33,265 bases of DNA, from positions 17,771,553-17,804,817 of the forward strand of contig NC_068992.1 in assembly GCF_001194135.2 (NCBI RefSeq), given 5' to 3'. Positions within the stretch are counted from its first letter, which is position 1. Each line of letters starts with the position of its first letter. Source of the stretch: Octopus bimaculoides (Eukaryota). The notes beneath the pieces are model-generated. The model was not told the origin of the DNA. It saw only the letters and a program-made list of their open reading frames with translations, and did not search any database. This document shows, one piece after another, positions 11,319 to 23,294 of this stretch. The translations under genes and the position numbers were made by a program.

Positions 11319-11321
<3 letters not shown>
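11131..11321 (+). mobile_element. 5'-truncated R4/Dong-like non-LTR retrotransposon 3' end (copy 1)
   Basis: Encodes KTPGLTNIYNIQKIALLGTAHILRKTLSIQ*, the C-terminus of REL-endonuclease R4-clade ORFs, then about 100 bp of 3' UTR ending directly in (AAT)n. Confidence 0.8.
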
Positions 11322-11383
<62 letters not shown>

Positions 11384-11384
11384 T

Positions 11385-11729
11385 AATAATAACGTTTTGC
11401 TAAAAGAAATGGAGAAAGTTTCAAAATGCAAAATTTGGAAATCGAGGTAACTCGAATGGGAAGTCTAAAAACAGAAACAATTCCTATCATTGTGGGCGCA
11501 TTAGGTATGATAATAAAATATTCAGAAAAATACATAACAAAAACTCCAGGACTAACAAATATTTATAACATACAGAAAATAACACTACTAGACACCGCAC
11601 ACATCCTACGCAAAACACCTTCAATACGGTAACGATAAGAGCGTCACAACAAACCACAGCACATACCCAAGGCACACAGAACTCTGCACGGTAGTGCAGC
11701 AAAAGCACGTTACAAAAATAAGACTACTG
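11385..11729 (+). mobile_element. 5'-truncated R4/Dong-like non-LTR retrotransposon 3' end (copy 2, decayed)
   Basis: NNVLLKEMEKVSK/(frameshift)/LEIEVTRMGSLKTETIPIIVGALGMIIKYSEKYITKTPGLTNIYNIQKITLLDTAHILRK matches the KExEKxxKYxDLxxExxRxW...PIVIGALG...QKxxLLGTAxILR end of the restriction-like endonuclease domain. Same 3' UTR as copy 1. Confidence 0.82.
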
Positions 11730-11859
11730 AATAATAATACTACTACTACTACTACTACTACTACTAATAATAATAATAATGCTCCTTTGTACTATAATCT
11801 CATGGCCAGTCAAGTCTGCTCATGAGACCCAAACTCATCTCGCCTGTAGACTAGTATAG

Positions 11860-12072
11860 AACCAGTACCTGTTTCATCGGCCTGGAAATGATGAAAGGCA
11901 GAGTTGCTCAAGGTGGAGGTTGGATTCAAAACGTGAAGACGGACGAAACGCTGCGAAGCATTCTGTCTGGCGTGCTGACCGCTCTGCCAGTTCGTCGCCG
12001 ATAATGGTTTCAAATTGTGGCAGGGAATCAGCAGTTTTTGAGGGGAGGGAGAAGTCGATTACGTCGACCCCA
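11860..12072 (-). mobile_element. Two adjacent SINE family B fragments (decayed head 11860-12000; tail 12001-12072)
   Basis: Reverse complements match the head and the ...CGACTT...CCCCTC...AATTTGAAACCATTAT tail of the copy at 24021-24234. Confidence 0.75.
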
Positions 12073-12074
12073 GG

Positions 12075-12377
12075 ACGTTGATCAGATCAAACGAAAAGTT
12101 GATCAGATCAAACGAAAAACGTGCAAGTTGCGTGTATGTGGCTGAGCACTCCACAGACACGTGTACCTTAAAATGTAGTTCTCAGGGAAATTCAGTGTGA
12201 CATAGAATGTGACAAGGCCGGCCCTTTGGAATACACTTAGGACTCATTTTTGCCACCTGCGTGCACTGTAGCTACGTAAAATGAGGTATCTAGCTCAAAG
12301 ACAACGACCGCCGGGAAACGAACTCAACACTTTACGATTCTGAGCCCAATACTTTAACCATTAAGCCATGCGCCTTC
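12075..12377 (-). mobile_element. tRNA-derived SINE with a different head but the family-A 3' tail
   Basis: Minus strand GAAGGCGCATGGCTTAATGG...GAGTTCGTTTCC (A and B boxes), then ...GGCAAAAATGAGT..., then CCTTGTCACATTCTATGTCAC...GTACACGTGTCTGTGGAGTGCTCAGCCAC shared with 17245-17629. Confidence 0.8.
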
Positions 12378-12399
12378 ACCCACGCACACACATATCAAT

Positions 12400-12403
12400 T
12401 TAC

Positions 12404-12439
<36 letters not shown>

Positions 12440-12453
12440 ATACACACACACAT

Positions 12454-12484
<31 letters not shown>

Positions 12485-12602
12485 CTCGTGTGTATATATA
12501 TATTCATATATGTATATGTATATATATATACATATATATATATATGTATTTATATATATACATACATACGTATATATACATATATATATATTCATATATA
12601 TG

Positions 12603-12641
<39 letters not shown>

Positions 12642-12709
12642 GAGTATATGTATATATATATATATATGTATATATATTTATATATTCATATATATATTTG
12701 TATATATAT
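12400..12709. repeat. (CA)n and degenerate (TA)n low-complexity array adjoining a gap
   Basis: Direct inspection. Confidence 0.95.
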
Positions 12710-13343
12710 NNNNNNNNNNNNNNNNNNNNNNNNNNNNNNNNNNNNNNNNNNNNNNNNNNNNNNNNNNNNNNNNNNNNNNNNNNNNNNNNNNNNNNNNNNN
12801 NNNNNNNNNNNNNNNNNNNNNNNNNNNNNNNNNNNNNNNNNNNNNNNNNNNNNNNNNNNNNNNNNNNNNNNNNNNNNNNNNNNNNNNNNNNNNNNNNNNN
12901 NNNNNNNNNNNNNNNNNNNNNNNNNNNNNNNNNNNNNNNNNNNNNNNNNNNNNNNNNNNNNNNNNNNNNNNNNNNNNNNNNNNNNNNNNNNNNNNNNNNN
13001 NNNNNNNNNNNNNNNNNNNNNNNNNNNNNNNNNNNNNNNNNNNNNNNNNNNNNNNNNNNNNNNNNNNNNNNNNNNNNNNNNNNNNNNNNNNNNNNNNNNN
13101 NNNNNNNNNNNNNNNNNNNNNNNNNNNNNNNNNNNNNNNNNNNNNNNNNNNNNNNNAGTGTAGCAACACGGTGGTGCATCAGCATGGCCGCAGCTCTAAG
13201 CTGAAACTTAAAAAAAAAGAAAAAAAAAAAATTCATGTATATATACATATGTGAATATATGTATCTAGATTCATATATACATATATCTATATATATTTAT
13301 ATATATTTATATACAAGTATATATATGTATATATGTATGTATG

Positions 13344-13383
<40 letters not shown>

Positions 13384-14971
13384 ATACATGCGCACATGTA
13401 TAGAAATATACTGAAAGAAGGAAAGGAGCGAAAAGAAAAGGAAAAGAGGGAGAGAGATTGTGAGATATTGGTAAGAATGATGAGAGAGATAAGGAAGAGT
13501 ACTGATAGAAATTTATCGATTAATTTATATTTACTCTCCTAAAGAAAAAACTATTGTTATTTAGTAACAGTTTCTTATTTCATATGAAACAGGAACAACA
13601 TGGAACAATATATCCAACATATGAACAAAAAATAAATGGCAAAAAAGAAAGAAATGAACAATAAAAGCAATAGAAATGCGGTGTTTAAGCTGCTATAAAA
13701 AATAAATTTGGCACAAAATGCAATAATATAAGTTTTTCATGTGTAGGGAAAACGAAACCTGCTTAGTAAGGGTTTTATAAGAGTTGTGATAAATAAAAGA
13801 AATAACTAACAATTTCTTTGGCAGAATTTAGTCAATAAATTCTGCCAAGGATATTCGTCTGTGTATTTTGAATAAAATTCGTGAAAACGTGCGAGTTTAT
13901 ATTCATTGGTATTTAAATCGTGATTATATATTCGTTGGTAAGTAGGGTAGGATGTCATTTCTTGGTTTTTCTGGCTTGTATCAGAGTTTCCACTTTTTAA
14001 ATAATAATTCATATGTATATATATANNNNNNNNNNNNNNNNNNNNNNNNNNNNNNNNNNNNNNNNNNNNNNNNNNNNNNNNNNNNNNNNNNNNNNNNNNN
14101 NNNNNNNNNNNNNNNNNNNNNNNNNNNNNNNNNNNNNNNNNNNNNNNNNNNNNNNNNNNNNNNNNNNNNNNNNNNNNNNNNNNNNNNNNNNNNNNNNNNN
14201 NNNNNNNNNNNNNNNNNNNNNNNNNNNNNNNNNNNNNNNNNNNNNNNNNNNNNNNNNNNNNNNNNNNNNNNNNNNNNNNNNNNNNNNNNNNNNNNNNNNN
14301 NNNNNNNNNNNNNNNNNNNNNNNNNNNNNNNNNNNNNNNNNNNNNNNNNNNNNNNNNNNNNNNNNNNNNNNNNNNNNNNNNNNNNNNNNNNNNNNNNNNN
14401 NNNNNNNNNNNNNNNNNNNNNNNNNNNNNNNNNNNNNNNNNNNNNNNNNNNNNNNNNNNNNNNNNNNNNNNNNNNNNNNNNNNNNNNNNNNNNATATATA
14501 TATATATATATACACGCACATACGCATACATATGTAAGTATACATTAATGTCTATAAGTTATTGGTGTATCTCAGGCAATTATCATTTCCTTCTATCTGT
14601 CCGTTTCTTCTGTTCTTCATTCCTCTTAACTTAGCTAAACTTCACTTAGCATAGCGTCTCCTGTTTCTCTCCGACTTCCCCTCTCACCATCCTACTAACG
14701 GCGTTACCCTGTTGTCTCTTTGCACTAGACATTAATGTCTATTTTGATGTTCAGTTATGATAAAAACAATTTTATATTCATCTCAAGTGTTACACCATAC
14801 TTTTGAATAGTACAAATTTATTATTCTTTAACAAGAATGGGAACGACAGTGACACCTCTCCATTATAACCCAAACAACAACTTGATTACCATTCAAGTAA
14901 ACCCCTAAATGTCTGTTTATCTCAACATAGACTATATAAAGCCAAGATTAACTTAATCTGGTACAGTCTAA

Positions 14972-15012
14972 TGTCTAATGGTGGCTTTGCTGGCCGAAAC
15001 TTCTAAGTCACA
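14972..15012 (+). ncRNA. Decayed minimal type I hammerhead-ribozyme-like motif (Penelope-like element relic)
   Basis: TGT-CTAATGG-T-GGC tttgctg GCC-GAA-ACT tcta AGT-C-ACA gives stems I, II and III and a GUC site, with two core substitutions relative to CUGAUGA. Confidence 0.4.
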
Positions 15013-16560
15013 GCTAATATGCTTCCTGCTGTAAGATACAAACACACACACACACAAGCATGTACACACACAAGCATGTACACACACAAGCATGTACACA
15101 CACACACACACACAAGCATATACACATACACACACAAACACACACACNNNNNNNNNNNNNNNNNNNNNNNNNNNNNNNNNNNNNNNNNNNNNNNNNNNNN
15201 NNNNNNNNNNNNNNNNNNNNNNNNNNNNNNNNNNNNNNNNNNNNNNNNNNNNNNNNNNNNNNNNNNNNNNNNNNNNNNNNNNNNNNNNNNNNNNNNNNNN
15301 NNNNNNNNNNNNNNNNNNNNNNNNNNNNNNNNNNNNNNNNNNNNNNNNNNNNNNNNNNNNNNNNNNNNNNNNNNNNNNNNNNNNNNNNNNNNNNNNNNNN
15401 NNNNNNNNNNNNNNNNNNNNNNNNNNNNNNNNNNNNNNNNNNNNNNNNNNNNNNNNNNNNNNNNNNNNNNNNNNNNNNNNNNNNNNNNNNNNNNNNNNNN
15501 NNNNNNNNNNNNNNNNNNNNNNNNNNNNNNNNNNNNNNNNNNNNNNNNNNNNNNNNNNNNNNNNNNNNNNNNNNNNNNNNNNNNNNNNNNNNNNNNNNNN
15601 NNNNNNNNNNNNNNNNNNNNNNNNNNNNNNNNNNNNNNNNNNNNNNNNNNNNNNNNNNNNNNNNNNNNNNNNNNNNNNNNNNNNNNNNNNNNNNNNNNNN
15701 ATATATATATATATACACACATATATTATTCAAATTAGTTTGAATTTGATATGTCTGCATATGTAACGGGTCTACTTTCAAAGGATTTCCACTTGTGAGC
15801 ACCCCGTTTCATTTCAGACATAATGCAACTGGAGCTGACTACTCGTTCAAGATTGCACATTTGTTGCCGTAGAGAATATATATCACTGTTCAGAGAATAT
15901 ATTTAATCTTAATTCTGTTCAATCGAATGAACTAAAACGATTAGGTACATTTTCCAAAATTCAATTTTATACTTGAAGTATGATACATCCCATAGAATAT
16001 TTCACCATTGATTCAGCAAAATACAGTTTCCGAAAGGACCATAATTGTTCTAGTCATGCTGTTATGCGTCCATTATACCTGTTTCAACGTTCAGAAAACG
16101 TCCTCATCTCCGCTTCAAAAGACCGAATATCTTAGAAAATAACAGATATTAAAATGCTGCAAATTCTCTTCAGTCTTCATCGATTGTAAAGTAAAAATGT
16201 AATTCGAGAAATAATTTCCTACCTCCAGTTAAACTTCGAAACATTTTAATATGTTACACATATATTCAAACCAGATCTTACTTCATTATCTGCTAATGAG
16301 CTCAGATTTGCAACCAGCCACACAAACTAGTCTAATGCATTAATGAATCTGTAATTAAATGTCTGCAATCTTTTACTTTTGCTTCCCGTCGTTCGTAATT
16401 CGTTGAAGACATGCCATGGATCTTCTGACGTTTAACAAATAGTCGAACGAAAAATTTATGCTTTTATTCCCGCCATCGGTTTTACGACATCCGCCAACAA
16501 CTCATTAGGAACTTTGTGTTGAAATGAAGACAAATCTCGAACATGTCAAGAACGCGCTGC

Positions 16561-16623
16561 GTTACTATTACTACTACTACTACTACTATTAACACCACAA
16601 CCACCACCACCGACATTGCCACC

Positions 16624-16696
<73 letters not shown>

Positions 16697-16731
16697 TTAA
16701 CACCACAACCACCACCACCGACATTGCCACC

Positions 16732-16795
<64 letters not shown>
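16561..16795. repeat. 108-bp-period tandem duplication of an (ACC)n/(ACT)n compound unit
   Basis: ATTAACACCACAACCACCACCACCGACATTGCCACCACCACCACC(ACT)n starts at 16588 and again at 16696. Confidence 0.95.
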
Positions 16796-17244
16796 AGTAC
16801 TTTACTTTCTTCTCATTCTTTGCTGTGAAACTGTAGGGGCGGAGAACAAACGCCCATCTACCATCAATCTACACATACCTGCATTCATATGTACGTGCAT
16901 ACATACACACACAGATTCATACATACATACATACATACATACATACATACATACATACATACATACATACATACATGCATAAATAATACATTAATGCATT
17001 CATACATACATAAGTATATATGTATATATGTATATATATATATATTTGTGTATGCATACTGACAGAAACATGTGGGTATTGTTTCTAATGATAGATTTTA
17101 GTTTTTTTTTATCAATGTTTTAATCTATTTTTATCTATATTGACCAGCTATTATGGCCATTGAATAATCGTTATGGTACGGAGACAATCAGTTTTGTCCA
17201 TTCGAGAACTTGGACCATACTTTATATTTACTATTTCGGAAAAT

Positions 17245-17629
17245 GGAGGTGCAATGGCCCAGTGGTTAGAGCAGTGGACTCGCGGGTTATAGGATCGTGG
17301 TTTCTATTCCCAGACCGGGCGTTGTGAGTGTTTATTGACCAAAAACACCCAAAGCTCCACGAAGCTCCGGCAGAGGTGGGTGGCGAACCCTGCTTGTACC
17401 CTTTCAGCACTATTTTCTTTCACTCTTTCTTCCTGTTTCTGTTGTACCTGTAATTCCAAGGGACCAGCCTTGTCAACTCTCTGTGTCACGCTGACCCCCT
17501 CTGAGATCTACGTTAATAGTACACGTGTCTGTAGAGTGCTCAGCCACTTGCACGTTAATTTCACGAGCAGGCTGTTCCGTTGATCGGATCAACTGGAGCC
17601 CTTCTCGTCGTATACCGACGTAGTGCCAA
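17245..17629 (+). mobile_element. tRNA-derived SINE family A, full length (about 385 bp)
   Basis: A box TGGCCCAGTGG, degenerate B box, body and tail shared with 939-1151, 7405-7627 and 12075-12235. Resembles the tRNA-derived octopus SINEs (OR/OK group) as I recall them; exact family not verified. Confidence 0.9.
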
Positions 17630-18459
17630 GATGTAGTTGGCTCGTTTAAGATTTGATCGCAGAACATATTGATACATAAATAAACGCTGAAGCTACATGA
17701 CATTTTGTCCAAAGTTCTAACGATTCTGACTATCCATGTTACACATCGTATATTAAAAAAAAAATATATAACTCAAATTTTAACAGTCTTCTGTCAAGTT
17801 TCCCACAAAGTTGGAGATATTATTTATTAATCTAACTGTTCAACCTGTCTCAGTTCTTTGTATTTCTCATTTATCAACATGACATGCTGTAAAACATTCT
17901 TACATGCTACTTTTTCGTTGAAATGCGTAACAAATGAAAACAATTGTTATTGTTGTTATTCCTGCTGTTTCACTTAGTGGTTATGTTGTGCGACTCAGGA
18001 TACTAAGATCGTTAGCTCGCTTTCTAGGTTGGATGGCGTGTGATGTTTCTATCCAAAGGACAGAATTTTAAAGCTTTCCAGTTTGCTCGGCTGAAAATGC
18101 GTACCAGTCTAGTGCGGGTGTAGCCATTTCTCCCTCCAGCTGTCGCAGGATCGATATTCCTTTGGGTAATGGATGCATTGGGACCGAGAAGGTATCTATG
18201 TATATTCGTGACTGCGCAAGCATCTAAAATAATCAGCGAAAGTGTGGTACATGCTCTCAAGTTATATTCGTCTGCAGGTAATAGCTAAAATTTTTAAAAG
18301 CTTTTTTGAAGCTTGATCGTTGTTTAATTTCAGACGATGATTACCGTAATCCAACAGACATAACACTTCTGCATTTCTGACATCGTGTATTTAGATGCAT
18401 ATACGTACGCTCGCATACACGTACTCACACACTCACGCGCGCATATATGAAGTCATTCT

Positions 18460-18612
18460 TCCGCGATTGGCAGAATCGTTAGCGTCTCGGAAAAATAGCA
18501 TGGAAATATTTGATCTGGTTCTTTACACATGAGTTCAAATTCCACCGCGATCAACTTTACTTTTCAGCCTTTCGGGGCCAATATAAGAAAGTTCCATTCA
18601 AGTACTGGTGCC
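18460..18612 (+). mobile_element. SINE family B, decayed
   Basis: TGGCAGAATCGTTAGC...GAGTTCAAATTCCACC...CCTTTCGGGG aligns to 28002-28150. Confidence 0.75.
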
Positions 18613-18649
18613 TAAATTTGACACAAGGCGTTCATACATATGTACGTAG

Positions 18650-18650
18650 A

Positions 18651-18707
<57 letters not shown>

Positions 18708-18720
18708 GTTTGTCTGTCTG
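18650..18720. repeat. (TATC)n microsatellite
   Basis: Direct inspection. Confidence 0.95.
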
Positions 18721-20009
18721 TCTCTATGTATGTTTATGTCTATATATCTACGTATCTTTTTCTGTGCATGTGTTTATACGCGCGCACACGCACACACACA
18801 TATGGTGCCGGAAGATACGATTGAGTTCGAGTCAAATCTCGTTTTTATTTACAATTTTTATATTTTCCCGATGAGCCATTAATTTACTTTTGGAGCAATA
18901 ATGTTCCTAACACCCTTAAGGCTGCAAGATATTCTCGGCTTCAACTTCTTAATGGTGACGACAGTGTTGCATTGTTACCGTGTGTTGTGTATAAGTGAAT
19001 GAGGGTGTAATTGATAAAGTCCTCATTATCAAGTTTAGAATTGTTGAACGCTTAATTCCCGTTTACTTTGATAGTTTATTTCACGTGTGATATATGTGTG
19101 AGTCAATTGTACATGTCTTTTTCTGATGTAATAGTTTAAGTGAAGAAGCGTACAAGTTTTGTGTGTGGTTTGATGTTGATGAGGAGTTTCTTAATTCTGG
19201 TGTTGGTGTTAGTTTATGGATAAGTGTGACACGTGTCCTGTTTATAGATGCATACACAAATATACACACAAACTGTCACTCTCACTCTCTCAATCAATCA
19301 CACTCACTCCCTATCTTCTTCCCTCATTTACTTATTCTCTCTCCTTTTCTCTGTGAAACACATAGACACACAAACACACTTGCACACACCTAAATGAGAA
19401 TAATTAAGAGAAGTTGAATTTCAAAATGGTGACTGCAATTGAATTGCACACAAGAAAACTTCTGCTTAAAAGCAGGAAAAGACGGCAAGAGTACTTTGTG
19501 CTGCAAATACAATTTCTGTTACTGCAGTATAAACAGAGACAGATTTAGTTTGACCTACTAAATGTTAGTTGACCCATAAAAGTAAATAGCATTATGGGTG
19601 ATATCGATTGTCTCGTTATTCGCTTCGTATTATTCAATGATCAATTTTTCGGTTCAGTAACCGATCAAATAGGGAATATTTGAAGTTGGACAAAGGAAAC
19701 TCAAGTCGGGTTTGTTCATTCTATTCAATCTCGTTAAATATTATAATCTGAATGTGGGATGAGCAATGTAACTTAAGAAATTTCCTTGACAAGTTTGGAG
19801 TACGATCTACCTTCGGTCTTAGTTTGTTGTCGTCTGTTAACCAAACTTGTGTGTTTTATTTTTAATGTTTTGTGAAAAGCGTGAAGATTAAAAACTTCAA
19901 TTTTCACTTCTTCAGTAAAAAGGTAGGACCTTCGTATATAACTAGATTTAAAAAAAACGAATCCTCAAGATTGTAGTTTTAAATCACTCCTGAGCGTCTA
20001 TAATAATAA

Positions 20010-20212
20010 TCTTTTGACTTTTACTTATTTATTTCATTCATTGCACTGCGGCCATGATGGGACGTTGCCATGAAGGATTTAGTCGAGCAAATCAATACCA
20101 GGTACGTATGTTTTATGCCTGATACTTATTCTATCAGTCTCTTTGCTGAACTGCTAAGTTACGGAGATGTAGACAAACCAACACAAGTTGTCAAATGCTG
20201 GTGGGGACAAAC

Positions 20213-20251
<39 letters not shown>

Positions 20252-20468
20252 ACATACACACAAACACACTCACAAGCACACACACAGCCATGCGCGCGCA
20301 TACGCACAAATACGCACAAAAAGAGCTGTACGATAGGCTTCCATCAGTTTCCATGTACCAAATCCTCTCAGAAGGCTTTGGTCGGTCTAGGGCTATGGCA
20401 GAAAACACTCGTCCAAGTTATTGTCCAGCGGAACTGAACCCCAAACTGTCTGGGAAGCAAGCTTCTCG
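20010..20468 (-). mobile_element. SINE family C, near full length, diverged
   Basis: Colinear with 30848-31257, including the internal (CA)n. Confidence 0.85.
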
Positions 20469-20746
20469 CGATGACCAAGTAGTGGCTGAGGATGGGGGGT
20501 GGGGTGATGTATTCGACTTATCGCCCTACACACNNNNNNNNNNNNNNNNNNNNNNNNNNNNNNNNNNNNNNNNNNNNNNNNNNNNNNNNNNNNNNNNNNN
20601 NNNNNNNNNNNNNNNNNNNNNNNNNNNNNNNNNNNNNNNNNNNNNNNNNNNNNNNNNNNNNNNNNNNNNNNNNNNNNNNNNNNNNNNNNNNNNNNNNNNN
20701 NNNNNNNNNNNNNNNNNNNNNNNNNNNNNNNNNNNNNNNNNNNNNN

Positions 20747-20793
<47 letters not shown>

Positions 20794-21710
20794 GTGTATA
20801 TTCCTGTACGCGAGTGAGTGTGTTTGCTCCCAGTACCAAAACATAGAGACCGAAATAAGTTGAAGTGACTACGTTTTGCGATATCGCCTGATCCAAGTAA
20901 CTGCGCCCTTTCCTCTCGTTCCGTATACATCTGCAGATTTTTGACCTCATCAGTTGTAGAAAAATGATGTGTTGATATTTATACACTTATAAGTATTAGC
21001 GACAAAAATGCCAAAAAAAACAAAAACAAAAAAAAACAAAAATGGAAACAAAAGAAAAAAAAATTGTATCTCGGAGTCACCTCATCTCACCTTTGCGAGC
21101 TTCGCTTTTTAGCGATCACCGAGTAACATCAAATGAGTGACATTAAATCAATGTCAGAAGTAAAATGAAAAAGAACGAAGATGAGAGGTAGGATGATAAT
21201 GAGGAGAGAATTACACGCTAGATATTCCTAATTCTAGTGATTTCATTTCATAATACTGATAATTTGAAGGAATATTATTATCAAGTCTGTATATGTGAAA
21301 AGAAAAAGATTTGAAACAATAAAGGCAGGAAAACTAAATAGTATGAATATTTTATTCGACACTAAAACGATTTCTCAACACTAAGTAGACCGGATATGGT
21401 GGTGGTTGTCATCTCAAAAATTTTCTTGCAGATATATTTGACTCAAAAAGCGGGAGAGTTAAACGAGCATGTTTTAATGCTGAGAACGATGATGTTGACA
21501 GGAAAACGATTATAAGCCGAAGCGTTGTATAACGTCAGTGATTTTACAGCCAATGAGAGAAGAGCATATGAAATTATGAAGGAACGTAATGAATACTTAT
21601 TAGCTGTTGCCTTTTGACTGAGGCATAACAAATAGCCTGGACATAATCATTCTTTTAAATATTTCAACATTGTAAACATGTGAGTAGTGTGCTCTATGTC
21701 TATCTGAGAG

Positions 21711-21762
<52 letters not shown>

Positions 21763-22254
21763 GTCTATCTATGTTTTAAATTATATTTAATTCAAAAAAT
21801 GCATGCACATATACACCTACCTACCTACCCATCCACCTACATACCTGCATATATATATATANNNNNNNNNNNNNNNNNNNNNNNNNNNNNNNNNNNNNNN
21901 NNNNNNNNNNNNNNNNNNNNNNNNNNNNNNNNNNNNNNNNNNNNNNNNNNNNNNNNNNNNNNNNNNNNNNNNNNNNNNNNNNNNNNNNNNNNNNNNNNNN
22001 NNNNNNNNNNNNNNNNNNNNNNNNNNNNNNNNNNGTACGTACATTGAATGAAATATTAATAGAGTTTGAAGGGTTGTAAAAATCATATATTTTTCTATTC
22101 CTTGGAATATTATATAAAACTAGATATCATTACAATATAATAAGCCATACAAGATTATACATAATTTATTCTGCTTGAGGGAGCACAAAATCATAATGCG
22201 AGCTAATTAAAACGTAAATGAAAACGTAGGCATGCGATCTTTCTCTCACTCTTC

Positions 22255-22312
22255 TGTCTGTCTGTCTGTCTGTCTGTCTGTGTGTATGTATGTATGTGCA
22301 TATGCATGTATG

Positions 22313-22344
<32 letters not shown>

Positions 22345-22500
22345 TGTACGTGCGTACGTTCGTACGTATGTATATATGTATGTATGTATGTATGTACGTA
22401 CGTATGTATGCATGTATGGTTGTACTTACGTGCGTACGAGCGTATGTATGTATGTATGTATGTATGTATGTGCGTATGTTTGTATGTATATATATATATA
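22255..22500. repeat. (TGTC)n and degenerate (TATG)n array
   Basis: Direct inspection. Confidence 0.93.
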
Positions 22501-23294
22501 TACATGTGTGCGTGCGTGTGATTGTATGTATTTACATTTATGTATGTATAAGCACACGCATACATATATACATTCATGTATATGATATAAATAAATATAT
22601 ATCTCTCATATTTTTGGTATAAAATGCATAATTATATATGTATAAATATATACGCATAAATATTTATGTATGAATATATATATATATACATACATATTCA
22701 TTTATTTACTGTTTACACTATATACACACAAATTTATACTCCACCCCATCGAACACGCAAAAGTACACGCATACACACACTCATATACACAGATACATAC
22801 ACACTCGCGCGCACGCGCACACACACATACAAACACAAGTACCCCACATTTCTTTGCTATAAAGGTCAACCATATTTCTGTCATATGTTAGCTATATTTC
22901 CGTGCGTAGCATAACGATAATATAAACAACGTTCAGTGTAGACTGCACGTCTTTGCATCCATTCTGTCTGAAAGTTCATCGTTCAACAAGAGTAAACGAA
23001 ATTCTCTAATGCGATTTACTCAAACTCTCTCTTACGGTGTTCCATCAACTCTCTACACAAATTGAAACCAAAAATCTCTTCTATAAGATTAAGCAGAACC
23101 TTTTGTGAGAATGTTAAACGAAAGGCTTAAACAACCGTTAAACAAGGCTTAAACATTCGTTTCTCATGTCAAGATGAACTAAAATATTCTCAAATTGATT
23201 TTAGTAATTTTATATTATACGTTATTGTCTATGACAAGAAATTTTAACATCTTCCTAATAGCTAAGGAAATAAATAAATAATTACATATATAGG

